From: Desulfomonilia bacterium
GTDB taxonomy: Bacteria > Desulfobacterota > Desulfomonilia > UBA1062
Reading direction: 5' to 3'
Assembly: GCA_050014195.1 (NCBI GenBank)
Contig: JBEKDT010000012.1
Location: 64,001-128,000, forward strand
Length of the DNA: 64,000 nt
Part shown: piece after piece, positions 40,610 to 49,840 of the stretch
How positions within the stretch are numbered: position 1 is the stretch's first letter
Layout: each line of letters begins with the position of its first letter
Made by a program: the position numbers and the translations under genes
Notes under the pieces: generated by a model
What the model saw: the letters and a program-made list of their open reading frames with translations, nothing else
The model's database searches: none
Told to the model about the DNA's origin: nothing

Positions 40610-40674
40610 AGATCTCATTTGAATATCTGGAATAATCTGGACCTATAAAAATCAGATAGTTATCGCAGTAATCT
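40610..40674 (+). repeat. Array site 10 (long-flank type; flank homology from ~40520)
   Basis: Same ~150 bp as 28120-28267 and 32602-32752, ending ATCGCAGTAATCT. Confidence 0.85.
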
Positions 40675-40918
40675 CTGCTATCGGATAATTAAAACCATCA
40701 AAACAATATATTATAACACGATCTCTTCAATACGTTGTCATACTTTCTAAACTCTAAAGTTTTAAGAGTAAAAATCCGTTTAATACCATAGTGTAATTTC
40801 CTTATGTTGTTTCATGATTATTAGGTCACGAGAAGAAGTTCGATCTTAGAAGTTTTACAAGCAAATTAGTTCTCAGGAATGCTTTTATTACAGGCACCAG
40901 AACTGGAGGAAGGCGAAC

Positions 40919-42472
40919 ATGTTTAATATCATCAATAACATGTCAATCAGGTTGAAAATGGTTGGTATAGCAATCTTTGGTATTCTCTCTTTTGTATGTC
41001 TCCTTTCACTCGTTTATTACCTCAATTTCGATTCTGAGTTGAAAAGACTTGCAATGGCAGACCAGGAGACTCGCCAGCGGGTTTTCTGGCATCTACTTGA
41101 GGAAAAAGGCCAGAATATTGATATTGTCGACAACAAACTTAAGATTGGCAACTATGTAATCAATGATAATTTTGAGCTTCCTGATATGATGAAGAAACTC
41201 TGTGGAGGAACAGCAACTATCTTCATGCATGATGAGCGGGTATCCACCAATGTCATGACACCGGATGGTACACGTGCTATTGGCACGAAACTACAAGGTG
41301 CAGCATATGAAGCTATTTTCAATAATCAAAGATCATACAGGGGTTTGGCAAATATTCTTGGAACACCTTACTTTACCGCCTATGATCCTATTAAAAACAA
41401 CAAGGGAGAAATTATCGGGGTACTCTATACAGGTATTAAGAAAAGCGAATACTATGCATCATTCAACACGCTCATCACCCACATCCTCATACTGACACTT
41501 ATAGTTACTATTGGCACGGCTTTTTTGTGGATGTGGCTTGTAGATGGCATGATCACCAAGCCAATGAACTATGTCATCAGACGTATTGCTGATATAGTCG
41601 AAGGAGAAGGCGATTTAACCAAAAGGGTGGACACGCAAGGAAATGATGAGATAGGAAAGCTGGGTCAGGGGATCAATGCATTTCTAACAAATTTCGAAAG
41701 CATAATTGCTAAGGTAAAAGAGACGTCAACTCAACTAATTTCCGCTATACAAGAAGTTGACGCCGGTTCACAGGGACTCTCTCAAATAACCCAGGAACAG
41801 GCATCGGCTGTTGAACAGGTGGCCGCCACGATTGAACAGATGACATCGAGCATTAAGAATAATGCTACTCAGGCAGATAAGGGGCACACAATGACAAAAA
41901 GTCTGGTTCAACAGACTACTGTCACACGAGAGTCAACCAAAGATCTTATGAAGGCCATGGATGAGATCTCTATGTCTTCCAAGAAAATTGGGGACATTAT
42001 CACAACAGTGAACGAAGTGGCCTTCCAGACAAATCTCCTGGCCTTGAATGCTGCTGTGGAAGCAGCCCGTGCCGGTGAGCATGGTAAAGGATTTGCCGTT
42101 GTAGCCCAAGAGGTCAGATCATTGGCACAACGTTCAGCCGATGCCGCCAAACAGATTAAGGAAATGATAGAGGATAGTGTTAAAAAAGTTCAGGTTGGCG
42201 ATGAGATAGTTAAGAAATCTGTAGTTTCTCTAAAGGAGATCATTAATCATATCGACATGCTTTCCCAGACCATGGAGGAGATCTCCTCTTCATCAAATGA
42301 GCAATCCTCAGGTGTAGATGAAGTGAACAGAGCTATAAGCCAGATTGACACTACTACTCAACAGAATGCTTCCACGGTAGAAGAACTAGCTGCTGGAGCA
42401 AATATGCTGAGTAATGGAGCAGATGAGCTCAAAGAGACCGTTGAGCGTTTTAAAGTTTTAAATGAGGGATAG
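40919..42472 (+). CDS. Methyl-accepting chemotaxis protein (Cache-HAMP-MA)
   Basis: GGTATIF..RVSTNV..G.RAIGT.L (Cache_3/2-like), [31 protein letters not shown]. Confidence 0.96.
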   Translation: MFNIINNMSIRLKMVGIAIFGILSFVCLLSLVYYLNFDSELKRLAMADQETRQRVFWHLLEEKGQNIDIVDNKLKIGNYVINDNFELPDMMKKLCGGTATIFMHDERVSTNVMTPDGTRAIGTKLQGAAYEAIFNNQRSYRGLANILGTPYFTAYDPIKNNKGEIIGVLYTGIKKSEYYASFNTLITHILILTLIVTIGTAFLWMWLVDGMITKPMNYVIRRIADIVEGEGDLTKRVDTQGNDEIGKLGQGINAFLTNFESIIAKVKETSTQLISAIQEVDAGSQGLSQITQEQASAVEQVAATIEQMTSSIKNNATQADKGHTMTKSLVQQTTVTRESTKDLMKAMDEISMSSKKIGDIITTVNEVAFQTNLLALNAAVEAARAGEHGKGFAVVAQEVRSLAQRSADAAKQIKEMIEDSVKKVQVGDEIVKKSVVSLKEIINHIDMLSQTMEEISSSSNEQSSGVDEVNRAISQIDTTTQQNASTVEELAAGANMLSNGADELKETVERFKVLNEG

Positions 42473-42593
42473 GCATAATCTGTATCGATATTATTGATAT
42501 ACAAAATAATAAGAGACCCTTGTAATGTATGCCCCATGTTAAGGGCAACAACTTTGATATGAATATAAGAAAAATATCTTCTAAACAAAGCGT

Positions 42594-42725
42594 AGATTTC
42601 GTGCCATGACCTTCAGTTTATCCATATTGAATATTTCTTAAGGTTATATCTGTTTGATCCGGACTGAAGGTTATGTGCCACCACATGGATTCTTTCATCA
42701 GTGCGCATAGTTCTTCCCAAGATCA
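42594..42725 (+). repeat. Variant array element plus degenerate left box at the end of the array
   Basis: AGATTTCGTGCCATGACCTTCAGT..ACTGAAGGTTATGTGCCA..CATAGTTCTTCCCAAGATCA. Confidence 0.65.
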
Positions 42726-42880
42726 TAACAAATTTATAAGCAGGGGTAGACGACGTTTCTTATGCCGTTATGTGTTGGTGTCCTCATGCCAGAAACCCCA
42801 AACTCTGGGCTTACCATTAGATAATGTACGCATTAACTGGATGGTCCTTATCTTAGAGTCATGCTTTATCTTGATAGAGC

Positions 42881-43016
42881 CAATTGCAAAAGACCGAGAT
42901 CGTTATTCCAGCGGGAGCGGGAATCCAGTCTTTTCAAAATATTCTGGACCCCCGCTACCCGATCAGGTCGAGGACAAGTTTCGCGGGGGTGACACCTTTT
43001 TTGAGTTTTGCAATTG
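42881..43016. mobile_element. MITE-like palindromic element
   Basis: TIR CAATTGCAAAA/TTTTGCAATTG enclosing GCGGGAATCCAG..CTGGACCCCCGC with a nested CCCGATCAGGTCG insert. Confidence 0.65.
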
Positions 43017-43033
43017 CCTCGATCGTCAGATAT

Positions 43034-44374
43034 TTATACCGCGATATAGCTCTTGATGAAGCCTTCCAGATCGGATGCCTCTTCAGGCCCTACCATCACG
43101 CGCCAGCCAGGGAGGCTGTCTTCCAGCTCCCCGCTTATCTGGGAAACATAGCCCGGTATGACGATCCGGCGCGTGTTGATCTGTGCTTCCAGGTTCATCT
43201 CCTTGATGAATTTGGATATTGTGCCGGCGGAGAACTTCCCGGCAGCCCAGGCGGTAAGCACGCTCATGCCCTCGCATTCCGGTACGACCAGCCAGGCACT
43301 GATGCCGCTGTTCTCGATTTCACCTGAGACAATGAAGTAAGTGAGTGAAAAATTTGTGGTGACGAAAACAGGCGAATCCGGGGTCGGTTCGCCGATTGCA
43401 TACACTTTTGGCTCAACCTGGATGGGCTTCTGCGGGTCAGTATATATGTTGAGCCGGAGTGTCAGGAGCGTTGCGAGTTGTGAGGCATGAAAACCGGGCA
43501 GGACGCAGATACTCCCGTATTTAGTGATCTCCGTGATGGCAGCAGTAGTGTCATCCATCAGGGTGCCGGTATCGATGAAGTGCACAAAGGGATATCCAAG
43601 CGGTTTGAAATTGTCTTTGATGGCTGAGCGTCTGGCTATCGTATTCGTCTGCAACTGTTCTGAAAGGGAATGGGTCTCCAGTTGGAGCAAAATGTTGTGA
43701 AAACCGTTTTCACGGTGTCTTGATACCAGCTCGATCAAAGAATCCATGTCAGGTGCTGCAAACGCAATGGCATGTTCCTGTTCCTGTGCAACAGGCACAA
43801 GGATGGCTGCTGTCTTTTCATCCGGGGCGCAGAGAACGCTGCGGGACCCTTGAATATGAGATGTCGCTCTAACAATCGCATCTGCACTTTTGCCCCGCAG
43901 GATCAGAGGCCTGCCGGTTACCTGCCAGGCCTTGGCTGCTAGCTGTATGAATGCTGCTGCATCTAAGGACAGCTGAGTAATCGCAACCATGCCGACGGTG
44001 AGGGACTCTCCCACACGCTCGAGCACATAATTCTTGATGGAGGTAAGGGAGGCATCGATCCTTGCCGGCTCATCGGTGTCATTGATGTTGATGGCCATGA
44101 TGGTCGGGTTCAGAAAGGTCTTGTCATGCCGGTACAGCACGGTCTCGCCTCCGGCAATGAGCCTTTTGTCAGGGCCCAGCACAACGGACTTGACCGGAGG
44201 TTCGTTGGCGAGCCCCAGGACCTGCTTAGCCTCCTCAGATGCATACGGGCACTCGGAGATATCAGCCTTTTTGGCAGCCAGCTTCATGGCAAAGGCAAGG
44301 CAGGTGTTGGACCCGCATTCCTTGCAGTTGGTCTGCGGCAGGAGTTTCTGTATCTGGAGTCCGCTCAGCGCCAT
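43034..44374 (-). CDS. acsC: Corrinoid Fe-S protein large (gamma) subunit
   Basis: LPQTNCKECGSNTCLAFA..CP, GGETVLYRH, NIYTDPQKP, TTNFSLTYF, SVLTAWAAGKF. Confidence 0.95.
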   Translation of the reverse strand: MALSGLQIQKLLPQTNCKECGSNTCLAFAMKLAAKKADISECPYASEEAKQVLGLANEPPVKSVVLGPDKRLIAGGETVLYRHDKTFLNPTIMAININDTDEPARIDASLTSIKNYVLERVGESLTVGMVAITQLSLDAAAFIQLAAKAWQVTGRPLILRGKSADAIVRATSHIQGSRSVLCAPDEKTAAILVPVAQEQEHAIAFAAPDMDSLIELVSRHRENGFHNILLQLETHSLSEQLQTNTIARRSAIKDNFKPLGYPFVHFIDTGTLMDDTTAAITEITKYGSICVLPGFHASQLATLLTLRLNIYTDPQKPIQVEPKVYAIGEPTPDSPVFVTTNFSLTYFIVSGEIENSGISAWLVVPECEGMSVLTAWAAGKFSAGTISKFIKEMNLEAQINTRRIVIPGYVSQISGELEDSLPGWRVMVGPEEASDLEGFIKSYIAV

Positions 44375-44379
44375 GATGA

Positions 44380-47300
44380 CTACCTCCCATCCATCAGAGA
44401 AGCAATGGTCTTTTCCAGTGCCATGGCTGCCTGCGGATGATACATGATAACAATCGATGCCCCGGCAAAAAGGAGCGAGGTTGCGGTTGAGAGCTCCCAC
44501 AGTGCTGCACGGTCCTTAAGATCCCCCCAGGCCGGGAAGTCTGATTCCGGGGCGCGCAGCTCCTTGATCTTTGCACACTCCTGTCCCGGGGAGACGATCA
44601 TGGGTGCAGCCAGCATCTTATCGCCGGCAAGGCTGGTGAGGCGGATCCGTTCCATGACCGAGTAGGTATATTCAATGCCATATCCGACGGCACTCGTGAC
44701 CGGATCGATAACAATCCTCTCGGTTGGGATATTCATATTGGCAAGCAGGATATTCAGTTGCTTGGCAATATTCACATCAATGGGGCTCTGGGCAACGATT
44801 GTATGCCCATAGGCCAGGGCCGCACCAGCAATGGTGCGGTAGTTCTCCTGCTCCACCCAGCTCAGGAGGAGATTTTCGCCGGCACACCCACGTGCAACCT
44901 CTTTCATCACCTCGTTGATCTTGTCAAAATGGCTGTGGCCGGTGATGATCAGCGGGACATCGACTGCTGCAAGAACCGATTTTACCAGTGCCAGGGCTTC
45001 TTCAGGGGAACTATTCCCTTTTTCCGGATGCGTCCCTTCAAGCCTTACGCTGATGAGGTCGGCCCCGTATTTATCCACACATACCTTGGCCATTTCTGCA
45101 GGATCGTTAAGGAGATCACCCCATATCGAACGCAGTGCCTCAGGATACTTCGGGCTGACCTTGTCAAAGACCTCAAGGGCCACCAGAGGCCGGTTTTTCA
45201 TGGCTCCTTCGAAGTAAAGGAAGGGCATGGCAGTATCTCCGCCGATGGTATAGGTGCGTCCCCGCGTGCCTCCCCCAGCATTTGTGGCGCCAAGGGTGAC
45301 TTCGTAAACACCCTGCTCGCAGGTCTCTTTCCTGATGGGCAAAGACTTTATGGATGCTATACGCTCCCTTGCAGTGGGCCTGGTTACCTTCCTTTCCGGC
45401 TTATCATCCATGGGCTTATCGAGATTCACCGGTGCAGTTACCTGGTCTTGCAACTTGGTTTCTGGGAACCGGTTGCTCAAGACATTGATGATATCGCCCA
45501 CGATATCCTGGGCAAAGGTCTGTTTGATTTCAGATTTGATCTGTTCGATGAGCTCTGCTTTTAATTGCGCAATCTGGTCTTTTGAATATGATGTATCAGG
45601 CTGCTGCGAAGGCGAGACAGACACTGACTCTGCAACTACCTTTTCCCGAGCTGTTTCTCGGGGCGTACTTTCAACGGATGCAGTATCATGCCTTGCAAAG
45701 TCTGCGATGTCACCCATCTCGATGGCAGGGTGCTTCACCCTTTCCAGGTAGGCCCTGATATCGTGAGGTTCAATGGCAACGGATTCGTCCGGGATCTTCT
45801 CAAGCAGATCCGGCTCCCCCTGTTCTGCAAAGCGCCTTTTCAGGTCTTCGCCCAGCATCTTCTTCAATCCCTTTGTCATCCAGATCAAGCGCTTGTGGCC
45901 CCCTTCGGCAAAGAGGAATTTGCGCGAGGTGAGGAATACCTTTCCGCAGCCCATGAAGCCCGGGGTCTGCTGGCCACCGCCAACGCTGCCGGCAAGTGTG
46001 GAAAAGGTCATGCCCGCCGGGGTGTCACCGGTGTATTCGCGGTTTACAGCCATGATCCCGTTGCATTCCGGGACATAGGCGCATATGACCTCGAAACATC
46101 CGCAGCTGGTCATGGGCCGGTCCATGATGGAGTAGGTGCAAACGGAGGGAATTGTCTTGTGTGATGAGAGATACACATAGTCATCCACGCCCTTCCACAC
46201 ACCCTTGACCGGGTCTGTGCACTCGCCTTTTTTCACGGGCTGGTTGGGGCCCGTCTCATCGATCTCATAGGCTGCCCGTGCATCGAGCCAGTTGTACGCC
46301 CCGCACAGGCCTAAACGTTCGGGTGTGACCACACAAACATGATTGGGTGCAAAGGACTGGCACAGCAGGCATGAATAGAAGATATCCACGTTCTCATCGG
46401 TCATGGATTCGAGTCGGCGGTTGCGTTCAATATAGGTGTTCCGTGCAATTTCCTGCCGTTTTTCAACCTCATCTTTTTCGGTGATGAGGGTCACCTTTAC
46501 CTTGTCGACAATGGCAGGATAGTTGGACAGGAACTTTGCATGGATGATCTCTCCGTAGTGCCTGAGGCGCAGTCCCTTTTCAAAACCGCTTGTGGAGATG
46601 CGGGTCCAGACGATATCACGCTGGCCCATGTGCCAGATGCCCTCGGCGCTGTTAATGAGATGGTGGATCTGCCGCTCTAAAATGGCCTCAAAGTCGGTCT
46701 GCATCTTCCTGCCTGCCACCTCGACCCAGATGGCAAGCGGCAGCGCCGAACCCTGAGGGACCTGGTCCACATCGGGTCCGATGATTTCGATGGCGCCGTC
46801 TTCGATCTCATCCATGCCCACCATGGTCACGAACTCGAAGGCCGGGGTGATATTACCCCCGAACTCCACCTGCGTATCCTGCTTGCGGATGCGCTCGCCC
46901 TCGAACGCGGGTCCATAAGGAACCGGGATGGGGACCTTGGTTATCTTGACCTTGCAGCCCCTGACCTCAAGGGCCTTATCGACCATGCTCTCATACGGCA
47001 CGGAAGAAACGACATGTTCATAGGTGCATATGCCTGTGGGCAGGATCTGCGGGATCGCGGTGTCGGCAATGACCGGAAAGCCGTAATTCAAGGCCCCGGC
47101 TGCTGCGGCATACTTCTCGGCATCCACTTCGCCGAAGGCGAGCACAAAGGCGAAGATGCGATCCTTGTTGTATTTCAGGTTGGCATGGAAATCACCAGGC
47201 TTCACATTCCCGAAGGACAGGGCGGAGCGGTTGGCAAAGCCCAGGGCATAGATGAGGGCTGACACATCCTTGCCGAACGGCACAAGCCTGGTCTCCCAGC

Positions 47301-47880
47301 CCATCTGGACCCCTTCCTCGGCAAGCTGCTCGGCAAACTGCTTCCCGTGGGTGGCGCCGGCCATGAACACATAGATATTCTTTTCCTGCAGTTCGCGGGC
47401 AATCTTGACTGCGATCTCGTTGGTGGGGGCTGCACCGGTGATGGCGGCAAATCCGGGGGCTGTGCCGTCCACGAATTCGATGCCCCGCTCGCGCATGATG
47501 ACGTCGCTGGCAGCGCCTAGCCATATGCCGTCCACCGGATCCGGGCCGATAAGATACTTGCATGCCTCGATGATTTCACATGCAAATAATGTCGCCACGC
47601 CTGCATCCAGGGTATTGCCGAGATAGGGCAGCCAGACCTTTTCAGACGGCAGTGCACTCAGCAGGCCTCTGGCCCGAGTAAGCACAAGACGCAGATCGGC
47701 GAGTGTTTCAGCCTTCCGGCCGGTAAAGGAATAGATTATTGGGAGATGATAGGCCGTCTCAGGGAAGGCTACTGCGCACTGTAGGCCCTTTAGCTTGATG
47801 GCCTCATCGAGCTTTGCCTCGGCGCGCGCAACCCAATCAATAGCTCCCTGGATGGCGCTCGAGCAGATGAGCTTAGACAC
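44380..47880 (-). CDS. acsB: Acetyl-CoA synthase (AcsB) fused to CFeSP small subunit (AcsD)
   Basis: YSCLLCQSFAPNHVC, LGLCG, TSCGCFE; after a linker EVTLGAT..GGDTAMPF..ALEVFD..SPIDVNIAKQLN..GYGIEYTYSVMERIR. Confidence 0.93.
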   Translation of the reverse strand: MSKLICSSAIQGAIDWVARAEAKLDEAIKLKGLQCAVAFPETAYHLPIIYSFTGRKAETLADLRLVLTRARGLLSALPSEKVWLPYLGNTLDAGVATLFACEIIEACKYLIGPDPVDGIWLGAASDVIMRERGIEFVDGTAPGFAAITGAAPTNEIAVKIARELQEKNIYVFMAGATHGKQFAEQLAEEGVQMGWETRLVPFGKDVSALIYALGFANRSALSFGNVKPGDFHANLKYNKDRIFAFVLAFGEVDAEKYAAAAGALNYGFPVIADTAIPQILPTGICTYEHVVSSVPYESMVDKALEVRGCKVKITKVPIPVPYGPAFEGERIRKQDTQVEFGGNITPAFEFVTMVGMDEIEDGAIEIIGPDVDQVPQGSALPLAIWVEVAGRKMQTDFEAILERQIHHLINSAEGIWHMGQRDIVWTRISTSGFEKGLRLRHYGEIIHAKFLSNYPAIVDKVKVTLITEKDEVEKRQEIARNTYIERNRRLESMTDENVDIFYSCLLCQSFAPNHVCVVTPERLGLCGAYNWLDARAAYEIDETGPNQPVKKGECTDPVKGVWKGVDDYVYLSSHKTIPSVCTYSIMDRPMTSCGCFEVICAYVPECNGIMAVNREYTGDTPAGMTFSTLAGSVGGGQQTPGFMGCGKVFLTSRKFLFAEGGHKRLIWMTKGLKKMLGEDLKRRFAEQGEPDLLEKIPDESVAIEPHDIRAYLERVKHPAIEMGDIADFARHDTASVESTPRETAREKVVAESVSVSPSQQPDTSYSKDQIAQLKAELIEQIKSEIKQTFAQDIVGDIINVLSNRFPETKLQDQVTAPVNLDKPMDDKPERKVTRPTARERIASIKSLPIRKETCEQGVYEVTLGATNAGGGTRGRTYTIGGDTAMPFLYFEGAMKNRPLVALEVFDKVSPKYPEALRSIWGDLLNDPAEMAKVCVDKYGADLISVRLEGTHPEKGNSSPEEALALVKSVLAAVDVPLIITGHSHFDKINEVMKEVARGCAGENLLLSWVEQENYRTIAGAALAYGHTIVAQSPIDVNIAKQLNILLANMNIPTERIVIDPVTSAVGYGIEYTYSVMERIRLTSLAGDKMLAAPMIVSPGQECAKIKELRAPESDFPAWGDLKDRAALWELSTATSLLFAGASIVIMYHPQAAMALEKTIASLMDGR

Positions 47881-49840
47881 CCAGTTCCCTCCTGTCCTTC
47901 ATGTCCATAAGCTTCCGCTCGGCCTTTTTGTTGATGCCCAGTTTATCACGCCGCTCATTGATGATCTTAAGTATGGCTACCACTGCTTCATGGGGGTCTT
48001 CGTGGACATGGAACGATGCACCGAAGAGCTGCTTTGCCTCCTGGTTGAGGAAGTTGCTCACATTCTTGGAGCCCGAGATATAGAAGGGATTACCCAGGAT
48101 GACATCGATGCCCGAGGCAACGAAGTAGCAGCCGATGGCGATGGCCTTTTCACTCATCCACTCAGGCGCAACACCGACCACCGGGACATCGGACAGGTCG
48201 TCCCCAAGGCCGCCTTCTGCAACGATCTCAGTGGCTGCCTCTAATAACCGGGAGTTATCCACACAGCTTCCCATATGCAGTACCGGAGGCATGCCCACGG
48301 CCTCGCAGACCTCCCGCAAACCGTCACCTGCGAACTCGAAGGCCGCTTCAGGGATCAGGTTGCCCTCCTTGGCAGAGGCAATGGCTGCGCACCCTGTCTT
48401 CAGGACCAGGATGTTTTCCTTGAGCAGCTCTTTGGTGAGCGTGTTTATGTAGGAATCGAGCTTTGTCTTGGGGTTGTTGCATCCGACAATGCCTACCACA
48501 CCCTTTATGCGGCCCTGGATGATGGCATCGTTGAGCGGCCTGAAAGAGGCACGGAAGGTGCCGCCCAGCATGTACTTGATGCTCTCCACACTGAACCCGG
48601 CAATAAGCGGCTTGGAATGTTTGGGTATCGCCACCTTCTGGGGGTCCCGGTTCTTATAGTTGTCTATGGCGCGCTTCAGGAGATCTTTTGCAGTCTCATA
48701 GGCATGTTCGGTATTGAAATCTGCTTCCGTGGCACCGATGGTATGAGCCATATGGCTGGTGGAGACGATTTGTGTATGGTACGCTTTTGCCACATCCGGC
48801 AGGGAAGGCATGCAGCACTGCACGTCGATGAGCATCATCTCCACCGCACCGGTGACAATGGCCAGCTCCTGCTGCAGGAAATTGCCCGCAAGCGGGATGC
48901 CGTGACGCATCAGGATCTCGTTGGCTGTGCAGCATATCCCGGCGAGCGTTATGCCATCAGCCCCAGAGAGTTTCGCGTATGCCTTTATCTCAGGGTCAAC
49001 GGATGCTGCAGCGAGCATCTCGGAAAGGGCAGGCTCATGGCCATGGACAAGGACATTCACCGTGTGCTCTCCTAAGATACCCAGGTTTGCACTGCTGCGG
49101 ACAGGTGTCGGTGTGCCGAAGAGTATATCGGACACCATGGAGGCGATGCGGGAGCCACCCCAGCCATCTGCCAGGGCCAGACGGAAGGCATGCATGAGGA
49201 TGCTCCGGTAATCGTGATCCACACCCATGTGCGTACGGTGCATGGCCTCAACAACCATACGATCGATCCCTTGCGGCTCCACATCCCTTTTCTGCCAGAG
49301 CCCCTGGCGATTCAGAGGGGAGAGCTTCAGGGTCTTGAGCTTGTCTTCCTGGGAGGTGTATTCGCCGATCATGAGTTCTGCAAGCCTGGCTGCCAGCTCA
49401 GGGATAGAAAGCCCCTGGTCATTAAGCCCATAAAGCTTTGCGATATTTTTTAAGGCTGCTTCATCCTTGATGGTGTAGCCTCCGCCCATTCCCAAAGCGA
49501 TCTTTTTCAGGAGCAAAACGAGGTGCCTGCCATGGTCCGAGTGGGCCGCAGCACCTCCTGCCACCTCGCGCAGGAAATTGCGGGCTGCGATGGTGTCTGC
49601 ATCCGCCCCGCATACGCCGAGAGGAGCCTTTGCAGTGATCCTGCACGGGCCCATGTGGCATATCCGGCAGCACAGGCCCTTGGTGCCGTAGGTGCACTGG
49701 TTCTTCTGCTGATCTATGCGGAAAAAACTCAAGCCAATGCATTCAAGCTCGGCCTTTCGTATGGTCTCAATTGATGCCGGATCGCAGGCCCTTTCTTCAG
49801 CCGATTTTCTGGTGCTATCCATGGACCTTCTCCCCTGCAA
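47873..49840 (-). CDS. cooS: Anaerobic Ni-CO dehydrogenase catalytic subunit
   Basis: C..G..GLCCRICHMGPC, HSDH, HGH, GICCT, VQC, GCNN, TGC, GSCVDN, SEKA. Confidence 0.96.
   Translation of the reverse strand: MQGRRSMDSTRKSAEERACDPASIETIRKAELECIGLSFFRIDQQKNQCTYGTKGLCCRICHMGPCRITAKAPLGVCGADADTIAARNFLREVAGGAAAHSDHGRHLVLLLKKIALGMGGGYTIKDEAALKNIAKLYGLNDQGLSIPELAARLAELMIGEYTSQEDKLKTLKLSPLNRQGLWQKRDVEPQGIDRMVVEAMHRTHMGVDHDYRSILMHAFRLALADGWGGSRIASMVSDILFGTPTPVRSSANLGILGEHTVNVLVHGHEPALSEMLAAASVDPEIKAYAKLSGADGITLAGICCTANEILMRHGIPLAGNFLQQELAIVTGAVEMMLIDVQCCMPSLPDVAKAYHTQIVSTSHMAHTIGATEADFNTEHAYETAKDLLKRAIDNYKNRDPQKVAIPKHSKPLIAGFSVESIKYMLGGTFRASFRPLNDAIIQGRIKGVVGIVGCNNPKTKLDSYINTLTKELLKENILVLKTGCAAIASAKEGNLIPEAAFEFAGDGLREVCEAVGMPPVLHMGSCVDNSRLLEAATEIVAEGGLGDDLSDVPVVGVAPEWMSEKAIAIGCYFVASGIDVILGNPFYISGSKNVSNFLNQEAKQLFGASFHVHEDPHEAVVAILKIINERRDKLGINKKAERKLMDMKDRRELGV

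Noticed and set aside
27779-40668. Duplications as assembly artefacts
   Set aside because: Copies carry scattered substitutions and distinct boundaries; long-read confirmation is still desirable.
28829-42680. GTGCCA boxes near the array sites read as sigma54 promoters (TGGCAC on the minus strand)
   Set aside because: None has TTGC at -12; their position tracks the repeat rather than gene starts.
28209-42725. CRISPR array or canonical integron (attC/intI)
   Set aside because: Intervals are 0.4-4 kb and gene-bearing. Repeats are degenerate and lack paired RYYYAAC/GTTRRRY cores on either strand. No cas or integrase ORF is present.
42884-43327. 147-aa ORF starting MQKTEIVIPAGAGIQ
   Set aside because: Translation of the palindromic MITE running antisense into acsC.
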